Assembly: GCF_009796825.1 (NCBI RefSeq)
Contig: NZ_CP047030.1
Span: forward strand, 1,344,070 to 1,408,069
Direction: 5' to 3'
Origin: Algibacter sp. L3A6
GTDB taxonomy: Bacteria > Bacteroidota > Bacteroidia > Flavobacteriales > Flavobacteriaceae
DNA: 64,000 nt
In this document: positions 29,111 through 38,337 of the stretch, piece after piece
Position numbering within the stretch: the stretch's first letter is position 1
How the letters are laid out: every line of letters starts with the position of its first letter
Translations under genes and position numbers: made by a program
The notes under the pieces: model-generated
Told to the model about the DNA's origin: nothing
The model's input: the letters and a program-made list of their open reading frames with translations, nothing else
Database searches by the model: none

Positions 29111-30619
29111 ATGAATAGTCCGGTTAGTAATCTCTTACAGCAATTAATACAATTTGAAAAAAAAACGTCGCAACCCGTATACATTCAAATAGCTCAGCAA
29201 ATTATAAATGCTATTCAGCGCGGTTATTTATCCATAGGAACAGCATTACCAGGAACCCGTGTTTTAAGTCAGAAATTAAAAATCCACAGAAACACCGTAG
29301 TAGCTGTTTACGATGAGCTAGCCTCACAAGGCTGGGTAGAAATAATACCCAACAAAGGCACATTTATTTTGGTTCCGGAACAAGCAACAGCACCTATAAA
29401 AGCTACAGCTCACCAAATAGACCAAGTTTATCAATACCCAAAAACTGCCGGTTTTCCTTTTCAAACATCATTTAATTTAGCTTCTACATTACAAACTACA
29501 AAGGCAGAATATAGCATAAACGATGGCAACCCAGATTTAACGCTGCATCCGGTTCACGAATTTTCTAGATGGTATAGTGCCGCCATGAAACGGAAATCAT
29601 TAATTTCAAAATGGAACCAAACCACAGCGGTATCCTATTCAAAATTTGAAACTCAACTCTGTAATTATTTAAACGCCACTAGAGGGTTTCATATAAAGCC
29701 AAACAACCTTATAAGTACGCGAAGTACAGAAATGAGTTTGTATATTGTTTCTCAGCTTTTAATAAAACCTAAGGATGTTGTTTTGGTGGGCCACTTAAGT
29801 AACTATGCTTCAAATATGATTTTTCAGCAAGCTGGAGCAGACATAAAAACAATTCCGGTAGACGAAAACGGTTTAGACGTCGATTACATAAGAACTCATT
29901 TTATAAAAGGTAGTATTCGCTTTATATACATCTGTGCACATAGGCATTACCCAACTACAGTAACGCTTAGTGCCGAGCGCCGATTAAAACTATTAGAACT
30001 AGCAAAAACCTACAAATTTGCTATTATTGAAGACGATTACGATTACGATTTTCAGTATAACGGTTCTGCCATGTTACCTATGGCAAGTGCCGATGGTAAT
30101 GGTATGGTGGTTTATTTAGGAAAACTAGGGCAATCACTATTCCCTAGTTTTCAAACGGGATTTGTAGTGGCTCCTGAAAGTTTAATTTCTGAAGCAAAAA
30201 ACTATTTGCAATTACTAGACAAGCAAGGCGACATGATACAAGAGCAAATACTCGCCGAGTTAATTCATGAAGGTGAAATATACCGACTGCTAAAAAAAAA
30301 CATTGTAACTTATAAGGAAAGGCGCGATTGTTTATGTGAACACTTAACCACATATTTTAAAAATATTATTACTTGGGAAAAACCATCGGGTGGCTTAGCA
30401 ATATGGTTGCGATTTAGCAATAAAATTTCTTTGGTGAAATTGGCTGAAGCATCAGAAAAACTCAACTTATTTCTTCCAAAAACAATACTTTATCAAGACA
30501 AAGATACTTGCGCTATCCGTTTTGGTTTTGGACAGCTCAATGAAGAAGAATTAGAGACTGCAATTAAAACTTTAAAAACCGCTTATGACATTGTGGGTCC
30601 TGCATCTGGCACAACATAA
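29111..30619 (+). CDS. MocR/GntR-family PLP-dependent transcriptional regulator (HTH + aminotransferase-like domain)
   Basis: 502 aa; N-terminal GntR wHTH (PGTRVLSQKLKIHRNTVVAVYDELASQGWVEIIPNKGTFI) fused to class-I aminotransferase fold; divergent from TBDR-bioB. Confidence 0.75.
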   Translation: MNSPVSNLLQQLIQFEKKTSQPVYIQIAQQIINAIQRGYLSIGTALPGTRVLSQKLKIHRNTVVAVYDELASQGWVEIIPNKGTFILVPEQATAPIKATAHQIDQVYQYPKTAGFPFQTSFNLASTLQTTKAEYSINDGNPDLTLHPVHEFSRWYSAAMKRKSLISKWNQTTAVSYSKFETQLCNYLNATRGFHIKPNNLISTRSTEMSLYIVSQLLIKPKDVVLVGHLSNYASNMIFQQAGADIKTIPVDENGLDVDYIRTHFIKGSIRFIYICAHRHYPTTVTLSAERRLKLLELAKTYKFAIIEDDYDYDFQYNGSAMLPMASADGNGMVVYLGKLGQSLFPSFQTGFVVAPESLISEAKNYLQLLDKQGDMIQEQILAELIHEGEIYRLLKKNIVTYKERRDCLCEHLTTYFKNIITWEKPSGGLAIWLRFSNKISLVKLAEASEKLNLFLPKTILYQDKDTCAIRFGFGQLNEEELETAIKTLKTAYDIVGPASGTT

Positions 30620-31056
30620 ATAGGAGCCACTTTCTCTATATCAAATTCCGTTTTACAAGCTTCACATCTGTATTTATGTTTTGTATAAATTGGCAAAGCA
30701 GATGTGATAATATTAGTGATGAAAGCAAAAACAAAGGCAAAAAGCGCTTTAATATCCTTTATTGTGGAATAAAGTTCAATTTTATCACTTTTACAATTCG
30801 GGCATTTTATGGCATTGCCTTGGTTATCTAAAGAGAATTTGTTTATCGATTTTAAAATATGTTCGGCTTCTTCAGCTTGATACGATAATACTTTCAGTTT
30901 TACGCCACCAATAGCATTACTTACTAAAGGATCGGTATCTATAGTAAGGTTATCGAATAAAAACACTTGAATACCATCGGCCTCCAAACGACCTTTTATA
31001 ATTTGTGCTTCGGTGGAATATTGAAATCTAGCTATGGTTTTAAAAGTATCGATCAT
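30583..31056 (-). CDS. hypothetical protein, DUF2007-like N-terminal domain + TM segment + C4 zinc ribbon
   Basis: 157 aa; CPNCKS…CEACKT Cys pairs; hydrophobic FAFVFAFITNIITSALPIY. Confidence 0.4.
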   Translation of the reverse strand: MIDTFKTIARFQYSTEAQIIKGRLEADGIQVFLFDNLTIDTDPLVSNAIGGVKLKVLSYQAEEAEHILKSINKFSLDNQGNAIKCPNCKSDKIELYSTIKDIKALFAFVFAFITNIITSALPIYTKHKYRCEACKTEFDIEKVAPIYVVPDAGPTMS

Positions 31057-31225
31057 ATTAATAATTTATTCAAGTTTAAAAAAGCTTAAACACTAACAAC
31101 ATGCAAGATACAACTAAAAAAGTCAACTTTTACACCTTGAATAATTTCATCTAAAACATCGCTTACATAATAAGTTTTAGAGGATAATTTCTCTTTTTAA
31201 AAACAGCTAAAGCTATAAATAGTCT

Positions 31226-31270
31226 TAAAAAAAAGCCCAAAAATCAAAATAGATTATTGGGCTTTTTAGT
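31226..31270 (-). terminator. rho-independent terminator after nfeD-flotillin operon
   Basis: AGCCCAA…TTGGGCT stem followed by T-run on minus strand, 20 bp after flotillin stop. Confidence 0.6.
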
Positions 31271-31291
31271 TTTATAAAGATTAATCTTTAA

Positions 31292-32710
31292 TTACTTCTC
31301 TGAGGTATTATTTTTTTCAGAAACTACCTCAGCAGCTTCAACATCTTTCCCTTTTAAATACTCTGGTAATTGCATACCAGCCATATCGAACATTTCTTGT
31401 AAAGGTGGTACAGATTTGTACATACCAGAAAGGAAATTAGCTGTTGACGATTTTCCATCTTTTCCGCCACCATTTTCCCAAACAGTAACCTTATCAATTT
31501 TAATATTTTTAATGGCTTCCGATTGCATTCTTACCAATTCTGGTAATTTATCAGCAACTAAAAGCAATACAGCGTCTTTAGAGTTATTTCCGGCAGCCTT
31601 CACAATTTGATCTAAACCGGCAGCTTGCTTCGTTAATACTTCATATAAACCTTGTGCTTCTGCTTGCGCTTTAAAAAGAATACCATCAGCCTCACCTTTA
31701 GCGCGACGTCTTGTTCTTTCAGCTTCCGCTTCAGCATCAATTTCAACTTTCTTTTTATCAATTTCCGCTGGTACAATAATATCTGCCATTTGAGAAGAAC
31801 GCTCACGTTCAGCCCTCGCAGTTTCCGCTAATTGTTCCGCAGCATAAGATTCCTCTAAAGCTTTTGCACTTTGTACTTTTTCTGAAGCATTTGCTACACG
31901 TTCTGCTTCTGCTTCACGTTGACGACGTAAAGAATCGGAATTTGCAACAGCAATTTTCGCCTTATTTTCACCCTCAACCGCTTGTGCATTTGCAGCAGCA
32001 ACCTGAGTTCTTTCATCTTGTACCGCATTCGCTTCACCAATAGAACCATCTCTAGTTTTTTCGGCAACCGATTTACGTGCTGCATTTATTGCGTGTGCCG
32101 CAGCTTCCTTACCTAAAGCTTCAATATAACCAGACTCATCAACGATATCGGTGATATTTACGTTAATTAGTTTTAAACCCACTTTCTTTAATTCTGTTTC
32201 TACAGATTGAGAAATATTAGTTAAAAACTTATCACGGTCATTATTAATTTCTTCAATATCCATAGAAGCCACTACTAAACGTAACTGACCGAATATAATT
32301 TCTTGTGCTAAATCTTGAATTTCATTTTGACCTAAACCTAAAAGACGTTCCGCAGCATTTTGCATAACTCCAGGCTCGGTAGAAACACCAATTGTAAAAC
32401 GTGATGGCACGTTTACACGAATATTTTGTTTAGAAAGGGCGTTTACTAAATTCACCTCAATAGAAATAGGTGTTAAATCTAGAAACTCGTAATCTTGAAT
32501 TACAGGCACAATAAAAGCTGCACCACCATGGATACATTTTGCCGATTGCCCACCGCCAACTTTACCATAAACTACTAAAATTCTATCTGAAGGACAGCGT
32601 TTATAGCGCCTAACTAATACGATAAAAAATAAAAATACGAATAAAATAGCTGCAATTACAGCGATTGGAAAACCCAATTGAAGGTTCTCCTGTACAAAAA
32701 GTGATAGCAT
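31292..32710 (-). CDS. flotillin-like SPFH/band-7 protein (YqiK family)
   Basis: 472 aa; N-terminal TM, SPFH domain, long Ala/Glu-rich coiled coil. Confidence 0.85.
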   Translation of the reverse strand: MLSLFVQENLQLGFPIAVIAAILFVFLFFIVLVRRYKRCPSDRILVVYGKVGGGQSAKCIHGGAAFIVPVIQDYEFLDLTPISIEVNLVNALSKQNIRVNVPSRFTIGVSTEPGVMQNAAERLLGLGQNEIQDLAQEIIFGQLRLVVASMDIEEINNDRDKFLTNISQSVETELKKVGLKLINVNITDIVDESGYIEALGKEAAAHAINAARKSVAEKTRDGSIGEANAVQDERTQVAAANAQAVEGENKAKIAVANSDSLRRQREAEAERVANASEKVQSAKALEESYAAEQLAETARAERERSSQMADIIVPAEIDKKKVEIDAEAEAERTRRRAKGEADGILFKAQAEAQGLYEVLTKQAAGLDQIVKAAGNNSKDAVLLLVADKLPELVRMQSEAIKNIKIDKVTVWENGGGKDGKSSTANFLSGMYKSVPPLQEMFDMAGMQLPEYLKGKDVEAAEVVSEKNNTSEK

Positions 32711-32713
32711 GTG

Positions 32714-33283
32714 TTATTTATTTAGTTGTTCTACAATTAATATTCCGTTTGTGGTAACTTCTCTTACCGATATTACTGATCCAGATTTAAGGTCTGTTTC
32801 CGAGTCTGTTAAAGCTTCAAGTTCTCTTAAAGCACCTTGCACTCTTACATGAGCCTTACCTATAGTTGAGCGTTTAGCACCAATGGTTAAATACACTTCG
32901 CCAACACTACCAATAGCATTTTTCATTTTTAAAGTCCCGCTATGGTTTAGTTTTTGCATAAAATAAAACATGGCAGCCATTACCGCCATCATGGCTAAAC
33001 CACAAAGAATGGAAACCATTACGGTTATTGGTTTAGAGAAGCCTGCATCAATACACGCAATACCACTCCAACCAAAAAGGGTGAAAAAGCCAACAAGGTT
33101 TTTAAAGGTTATAAACTGAAACCCAATACCAGTATCGGCTTCAATTTCGGCATCGGTATCTAAATCTCCCGAATCGCCACCAATAAACGTGGTTACAATG
33201 GTGATTACAAAAATAAAAGAGCCAATTAATGCAATGCCCCAATAAATTTGTGTAAAAAGCGCCAAGCTGTAAAACCACTCCAT
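32714..33283 (-). CDS. NfeD-like membrane protein (YqiJ family, OB-fold C-terminus)
   Basis: 189 aa; multi-TM then OB-fold-like GSVGEVYLTIGA…GKAHVRVQG; 4 bp upstream of flotillin gene (classic nfeD-flotillin pair). Confidence 0.7.
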   Translation of the reverse strand: MEWFYSLALFTQIYWGIALIGSFIFVITIVTTFIGGDSGDLDTDAEIEADTGIGFQFITFKNLVGFFTLFGWSGIACIDAGFSKPITVMVSILCGLAMMAVMAAMFYFMQKLNHSGTLKMKNAIGSVGEVYLTIGAKRSTIGKAHVRVQGALRELEALTDSETDLKSGSVISVREVTTNGILIVEQLNK

Positions 33284-33754
33284 AATTTTAGATTTAAAAA
33301 AATTAATAATTAAATGTAATACCTTTTTTACGATCGAACAATTTATTTTGAAAGTATAATAAAAACTGCATTCCCTCTAAACACTACAACGATAATAAGT
33401 GTGTTTTTCAATCCGTTTCGAGGTCTTTAATTTCAAAAAACAAACTATTGATCTTTAAAGAGTTCATTCGATATTTAAAATCCCACACATTCAAAAAGCA
33501 AGACCTAACTACTCCTTATAAGTAGCTCATATTGATGTTTTGTTACAACAACATTCTAAAATAGGTGTTATTTCTAAAATACACACACCCGAAAAATATT
33601 GGCAGCACTAACTTATTCGCACTAAAAAACACCTATTAGAACGCACTTGCTTTTTTATTAAAACCACTAAAAAACACATTTAAACAGACAAAACACACAG
33701 ATAGTCGGTATTTTTTATATATTCGCTTCTTAAATTTAAAAACCCAAATCAAAA

Positions 33755-34159
33755 ATGAAAAAATTAATTTTACTTTTAAGCGTTATTACATTAACCTTTA
33801 GCTCATGTAGTAGTGACGACGATTCTCAAGATTCAATTATTGGAATATGGAATTATTACCAAAGTTTTGAAAATGATGAAGAATACGAACTTGATACTTG
33901 TGAGAAACAAGATGAAATAATCTTTAATGCTGACGGAACCTTCTCTACAAAAGGCTATTACGAAAACGAAGATGATGTTTGTTCTCTTGACTATGAATCA
34001 ACCGGAACTTGGGTAAATCTAGGTGACAATATTTACGAGTTTACAGATGATGAAGATAACTATACAAGTACAGCAACCATTATTTTTTCTGGCAATACAT
34101 TTTATTTTATTGATGAAGATGGATCGGACACATACAAAGATGTATATATCAAAAATTAA
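33755..34159 (+). CDS. hypothetical lipoprotein (lipocalin-like)
   Basis: 134 aa; lipobox MKKLILLLSVITLTFSSC. Confidence 0.5.
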   Translation: MKKLILLLSVITLTFSSCSSDDDSQDSIIGIWNYYQSFENDEEYELDTCEKQDEIIFNADGTFSTKGYYENEDDVCSLDYESTGTWVNLGDNIYEFTDDEDNYTSTATIIFSGNTFYFIDEDGSDTYKDVYIKN

Positions 34160-34182
34160 TTTTCTTATCGTTAAATAATACA

Positions 34183-34210
34183 AACGCCTTCAATTGAAGG
34201 CGTTTTTTAT
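34183..34210 (+). terminator. rho-independent terminator
   Basis: AACGCCTTCAATTGAAGGCGTT + TTTTTT. Confidence 0.7.
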
Positions 34211-34249
34211 TTATAAAATCATTAAATTTGCGCACATTTTGAACAGGTC

Positions 34250-35269
34250 ATGATAGATAAAATTAAAGAACTTATTAACGAAGCTGAATCTTTTAAAGCA
34301 CAATCGAAAGACGAGGTAGAAGCATTTAGAATAAAATATTTAGGTAAAAAAGGGTTATTAAACGACTTTTTTGCAGAGTTTAAAAATGTGGCAAACGACC
34401 AAAAAAAAGAATTTGGCCAAACCATAAATAAACTTAAAAAAACAGCTGAGGATAAAGTAAACGCTCTAAAAGCAGAACTTGAAAGCACCGAAGAAGTAAA
34501 AGGTATTTACGGCGATTTATCTAGACCGGGAGCACCAGTTCAAATAGGTGCACGCCACCCTATTTCTATCGTAAAAAATCAAATTATAGATATCTTTTCT
34601 CGCATTGGATTTAATGTAAGTGAAGGTCCAGAAATAGAAGACGATTGGCACAACTTTACAGCATTAAACTTGCCAGAATACCATCCGGCTCGTGATATGC
34701 AGGATACATTTTTTATTCAAACCGATCCGGATATTTTATTACGCACGCACACCAGCTCGGTACAAGTACGTTATATGGAAAACAATACACCACCAATTAG
34801 AACTATTTCTCCTGGTCGTGTATACAGAAACGAAGCTATTTCTGCGCGTTCTCATTGTTTTTTCCACCAATTAGAAGGCTTATATATTGATAAAGATGTA
34901 AGCTTTGCTGATTTAAAACAAACACTACAACATTTTACAAGTGAGATGTTTGGGAAAAGCGAAATTCGTTTACGTCCATCATACTTTCCGTTTACAGAAC
35001 CAAGTGCAGAAATTGATGTATACTGGGGTTTAGAAACAGAAACAGATTATAAAATAACAAAAGGAACAGGTTGGTTAGAAATTGGAGGTTGCGGCATGGT
35101 AGATCCAAACGTTTTAGAAAACTGTAAAATTGATTCTACTGAATATTCTGGTTTTGCTTTTGGTGTTGGAATAGACCGAATTGCAATGCTACTGCACCAA
35201 ATTGGTGATATTCGTTTATTAAGTGAAAATGATGTACGTTTCTTAGAGCAATTTAAGAGCGCTTTATAA
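34250..35269 (+). CDS. pheS: phenylalanine--tRNA ligase alpha subunit
   Basis: 339 aa; class II aaRS motifs (FPFTEPSAE, GWLEIGGCGMV). Confidence 0.95.
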   Translation: MIDKIKELINEAESFKAQSKDEVEAFRIKYLGKKGLLNDFFAEFKNVANDQKKEFGQTINKLKKTAEDKVNALKAELESTEEVKGIYGDLSRPGAPVQIGARHPISIVKNQIIDIFSRIGFNVSEGPEIEDDWHNFTALNLPEYHPARDMQDTFFIQTDPDILLRTHTSSVQVRYMENNTPPIRTISPGRVYRNEAISARSHCFFHQLEGLYIDKDVSFADLKQTLQHFTSEMFGKSEIRLRPSYFPFTEPSAEIDVYWGLETETDYKITKGTGWLEIGGCGMVDPNVLENCKIDSTEYSGFAFGVGIDRIAMLLHQIGDIRLLSENDVRFLEQFKSAL

Positions 35270-35291
35270 TAAACAAGATATTTTAAAACAT

Positions 35292-35327
35292 AAAAAAGCC
35301 TATAAATTTAAATTTATAGGCTTTTTT
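35292..35327. terminator. bidirectional rho-independent terminator (pheS / DUF4286 gene)
   Basis: AAAAAGCCTATAAATTTAAATTTATAGGCTTTTTT perfect 36-bp palindrome. Confidence 0.7.
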
Positions 35328-35341
35328 ATGCTCGGTTTTTA

Positions 35342-35665
35342 TTACTTAAAATTAACCGTATACTCATCTACTATTTCTAGTTCAGTACGAAATGAAAGCA
35401 CTTTATCAGCAAATTTCTTAAGCCCTTCCATTCTAAATTTATCGGCATCGTCTCGGTAATAAGCATCTAAAGCTTCACGAGAATACGATCGGTATTGCAC
35501 CGAGTAAGTTACACCCTCAATATCTTCTTCTACCAAAACTTTACTAAGCGTTGCCTTTTCAAACTTGCCTGTTCCTAAAACTTGCGGAATATGCTCTTTT
35601 ATCCAGATTAACCATTCAGCTTCTATAAACTCGTCGATGTTTGAAGTTACGTTATATATTATCAT
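35342..35665 (-). CDS. DUF4286-family small protein
   Basis: 107 aa; MIIYNVTSNIDEFIEAEWLIWIKEHIP…. Confidence 0.45.
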   Translation of the reverse strand: MIIYNVTSNIDEFIEAEWLIWIKEHIPQVLGTGKFEKATLSKVLVEEDIEGVTYSVQYRSYSREALDAYYRDDADKFRMEGLKKFADKVLSFRTELEIVDEYTVNFK

Positions 35666-35760
35666 AGTTTCTATTTAAAGCCGCAAAATTAAAGCTCCTA
35701 GTTACAATACCCAAATTACTCTTGGTTTATTGTTAAAATCGCGTAGATTAAGCTTTGAGA

Positions 35761-37536
35761 TTAGTTTATAGCATCGCCACGTAAAGCTCTAAATTTCTTT
35801 CGTGCTTCAACAAAATAAATACTATCGGGATGGTTAAAAATAATCTCTTCGTAAAGCGGCTTGGCGTTATCCGGCTGCTCTAAGTAATTCATGTACAATT
35901 CAGCCAATTTAAATAAGGCATTATCAATTAAAATACCTTCTCCATAATTTTCAATTATAGATTTATAGTTACTCTCAGCTTTTTCAAATTGTTGTTTTCC
36001 TTCAAATAATTCTGCCTGCTTGTACAAAGCCTGAGCAATTATAGGCTCCGTTTTATGCGCAGCCAAAACCTCGCTTAACAAACTAATAGCTTCATCATTT
36101 CTATTCTGAAAGGCCAATAAATCGGCTTTAGCATAGAGTTTTAGCGCAGTTTGTAGAGAATCTTCATATTTATTATCTGTTATTAACAGCTTCAAGTCTA
36201 ATGCATCATTAGCGATTAATTGCGATGTTGATGCTTTTAAAATTTTTAATTGAGATTCTGCCCACTTAAAATCACCTTTATAATAACTTGTTTTTGCAAC
36301 TTTGTACCTGGCTTCTTGAGATATTTCACTGTTTTTTAAGCTTCGTTGAATTTGCGTATAATAAATTAAAGCTTGATTAAATTTTTCTTGAAGCACCAAT
36401 ATATCACCCAATTCCAACTTCACCTCAGCCTTCTGAAATTCTGTTAAAGATAGTTTTAAAGACTTTTCTAAAAAGGAAGTCGCCTTAGTTGTTTCATTCT
36501 TATAAAATGCTAAAAAATGCGCGTAAGCAATTTGAAGTTTTAAGGTTTGAGAAACCGAACCAAACTCTTCAAACAACTCTAAATACTTAGCCTCAATAGC
36601 TTCGTAATTTTCTTTAGAACTTACTTTCTCTTCTAGTTGTAATAAATGGTAATTTGCCGACACCTGTGTGCCAGCATCTTGAGCTTTTTCTATAAGGTAT
36701 GTGTAAATTTCTTTAGCCGTTTCGTATGCTTTTTCGTTGGTTGCAATTACCGCCAAATCGGCTATTCTGTTTAAACTTTCTGGCTGACGATTAAAAATGG
36801 CCTTTTCTTGAACAAATGCTTTTTTAATATCTTTTTGCTGCACAAACAACCAACTTAATAGCTCGTTCCATAACAAATCTGGAGTTTGCTGTGCTTTTTT
36901 TAATAAAATTTTTCGGAATAATATATTGTTCTCATTGTCACTATTTTCACTTATAAAATCGTTGATAGACCGTTTGATGTTATTTACAGTAAACGGATTA
37001 GCCTCAACATAATCTATATAACTGGTAAACATTTTTTCAACTTTACCTTGCTCTCCATACAACTGAGCCAATTGTAAATCAAAATTATATTTAGGGTTTG
37101 AAGCCGTACCTTTTTCATAAGCCAAAATAGCTTCATCTAGCAAACTATGATTTTGAAATACCTTTGCTACAGAAAACACATTACTAGCCCGTAAATCGAT
37201 ACTTTCTAAAGCTTTATTATACTGAAGCCTTGCATTTACGGTATCTTTTTGCAACTGAAAATTATAGCCTAAATCGACTAAAAATCCAGAATACGCAATA
37301 TCTTTCATCACCTCTAACAAAAAAGCTTCTGCTTCTGCATATTGCTCTAATTGCTGATGCGTTTCTACAATAGCATTTATATTTGTTAAGCTTGTTGATG
37401 GCCCTTCATAGATTTTTTTATACTCAGCTAAAGCCTTTTTAAAGTCACCGTTTTTAAAATACTCCCTCGCTAAAATATCAGATTGCGAAAAAATATTCGT
37501 GCTTATAAACAAACATAGTATTAAAAAAATTCTCAT
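35761..37536 (-). CDS. secreted tetratricopeptide (TPR) repeat protein
   Basis: 591 aa; signal peptide MRIFLILCLFISTNIFSQ; repeated A/Y/L-rich TPR-like helices. Confidence 0.7.
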   Translation of the reverse strand: MRIFLILCLFISTNIFSQSDILAREYFKNGDFKKALAEYKKIYEGPSTSLTNINAIVETHQQLEQYAEAEAFLLEVMKDIAYSGFLVDLGYNFQLQKDTVNARLQYNKALESIDLRASNVFSVAKVFQNHSLLDEAILAYEKGTASNPKYNFDLQLAQLYGEQGKVEKMFTSYIDYVEANPFTVNNIKRSINDFISENSDNENNILFRKILLKKAQQTPDLLWNELLSWLFVQQKDIKKAFVQEKAIFNRQPESLNRIADLAVIATNEKAYETAKEIYTYLIEKAQDAGTQVSANYHLLQLEEKVSSKENYEAIEAKYLELFEEFGSVSQTLKLQIAYAHFLAFYKNETTKATSFLEKSLKLSLTEFQKAEVKLELGDILVLQEKFNQALIYYTQIQRSLKNSEISQEARYKVAKTSYYKGDFKWAESQLKILKASTSQLIANDALDLKLLITDNKYEDSLQTALKLYAKADLLAFQNRNDEAISLLSEVLAAHKTEPIIAQALYKQAELFEGKQQFEKAESNYKSIIENYGEGILIDNALFKLAELYMNYLEQPDNAKPLYEEIIFNHPDSIYFVEARKKFRALRGDAIN

Positions 37537-37631
37537 GTTGTAAATATAACAAATGTGCTTTTGTGTTATTGTTATCCTGGGTGTTTTTTATGTTAGGCTT
37601 GCAATACGCAGAACACCAAACCCTATAACAT

Positions 37632-37660
37632 AAAAAAAGCACCCTAAAAAAGGGTGCTTA
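37632..37660 (-). terminator. rho-independent terminator after TerB-like gene
   Basis: AAGCACCC-TAAAAAA-GGGTGCTT hairpin with T-run on minus strand. Confidence 0.6.
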
Positions 37661-37684
37661 CATTATATAACATAGATAAAATAA

Positions 37685-38143
37685 TTATTGATTCATTTTT
37701 TTCATGGCATCAATAAAATCATCTAAATCTGTACCGCTATTAACTAAAGTTAATGCTTTATCCACAATATACTTTACATTATCAGCATGAAAACCAAGCC
37801 CTAAAGCTATTTTTCTAAGTAAAATCTCTTCGTGATCGCCCTTAATATGATCCACATAAACCATACGTGCTAAATCATACAAACGCTCTAAACGACGATC
37901 GTAAGATGTTGGAGGGTTAATTGGGTGCGATTTATAATCCTCTAATATCAAATTAAAGTCACCTTCACCAATATCCAAATTACGAGCTAATCGCTCTAAA
38001 AACGCTTGTTCCTCAACTGTAATCACGCCGTCATCCATTGCAATTCTTACAATTGCAGCAAAATGATCCTCATTACGCTTTTTAAAACCACTATCAAATA
38101 AATCTGAAAACGACATATCTTTTTTCTTTTTTAAGTGATGCAA
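37685..38143 (-). CDS. TerB-like (tellurite-resistance TerB fold) protein
   Basis: 152 aa; helical; alternative start MSFSD at 38116. Confidence 0.45.
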   Translation of the reverse strand: MHHLKKKKDMSFSDLFDSGFKKRNEDHFAAIVRIAMDDGVITVEEQAFLERLARNLDIGEGDFNLILEDYKSHPINPPTSYDRRLERLYDLARMVYVDHIKGDHEEILLRKIALGLGFHADNVKYIVDKALTLVNSGTDLDDFIDAMKKMNQ

Positions 38144-38192
38144 ACCTACATATTTTTTTTAATATTATAAACCGAAATTTCAAATATTTGGG

Positions 38193-38266
38193 CCTTACCA
38201 CAAGGGTCGGGCTTTCGGCAGTCGCTCTCTTCGAGGAGCTTCAACAAACGCCTCAATCCCTAACGC
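38193..38266 (+). repeat. copy B of short intergenic repeat family
   Basis: GGCCTTACCACAAGGGTCGGGCTTTCGGC…CAATCCCTAACGC. Confidence 0.65.
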
Positions 38267-38337
38267 AGCAATCGCTACTTAAAAAACAATGTAAATTTAC
38301 TAGAAATAGCAGGCTTACTTTTTATAAAACCTTTGCT

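Noticed and set aside
35292-35327. 36-bp perfect palindrome and other long hairpins (13027, 34183, 37632) as possible IS terminal inverted repeats
   Set aside because: Each is a single hairpin followed by T-runs at the 3' end of a gene (intrinsic terminators). No paired distant copies and no transposase were found.
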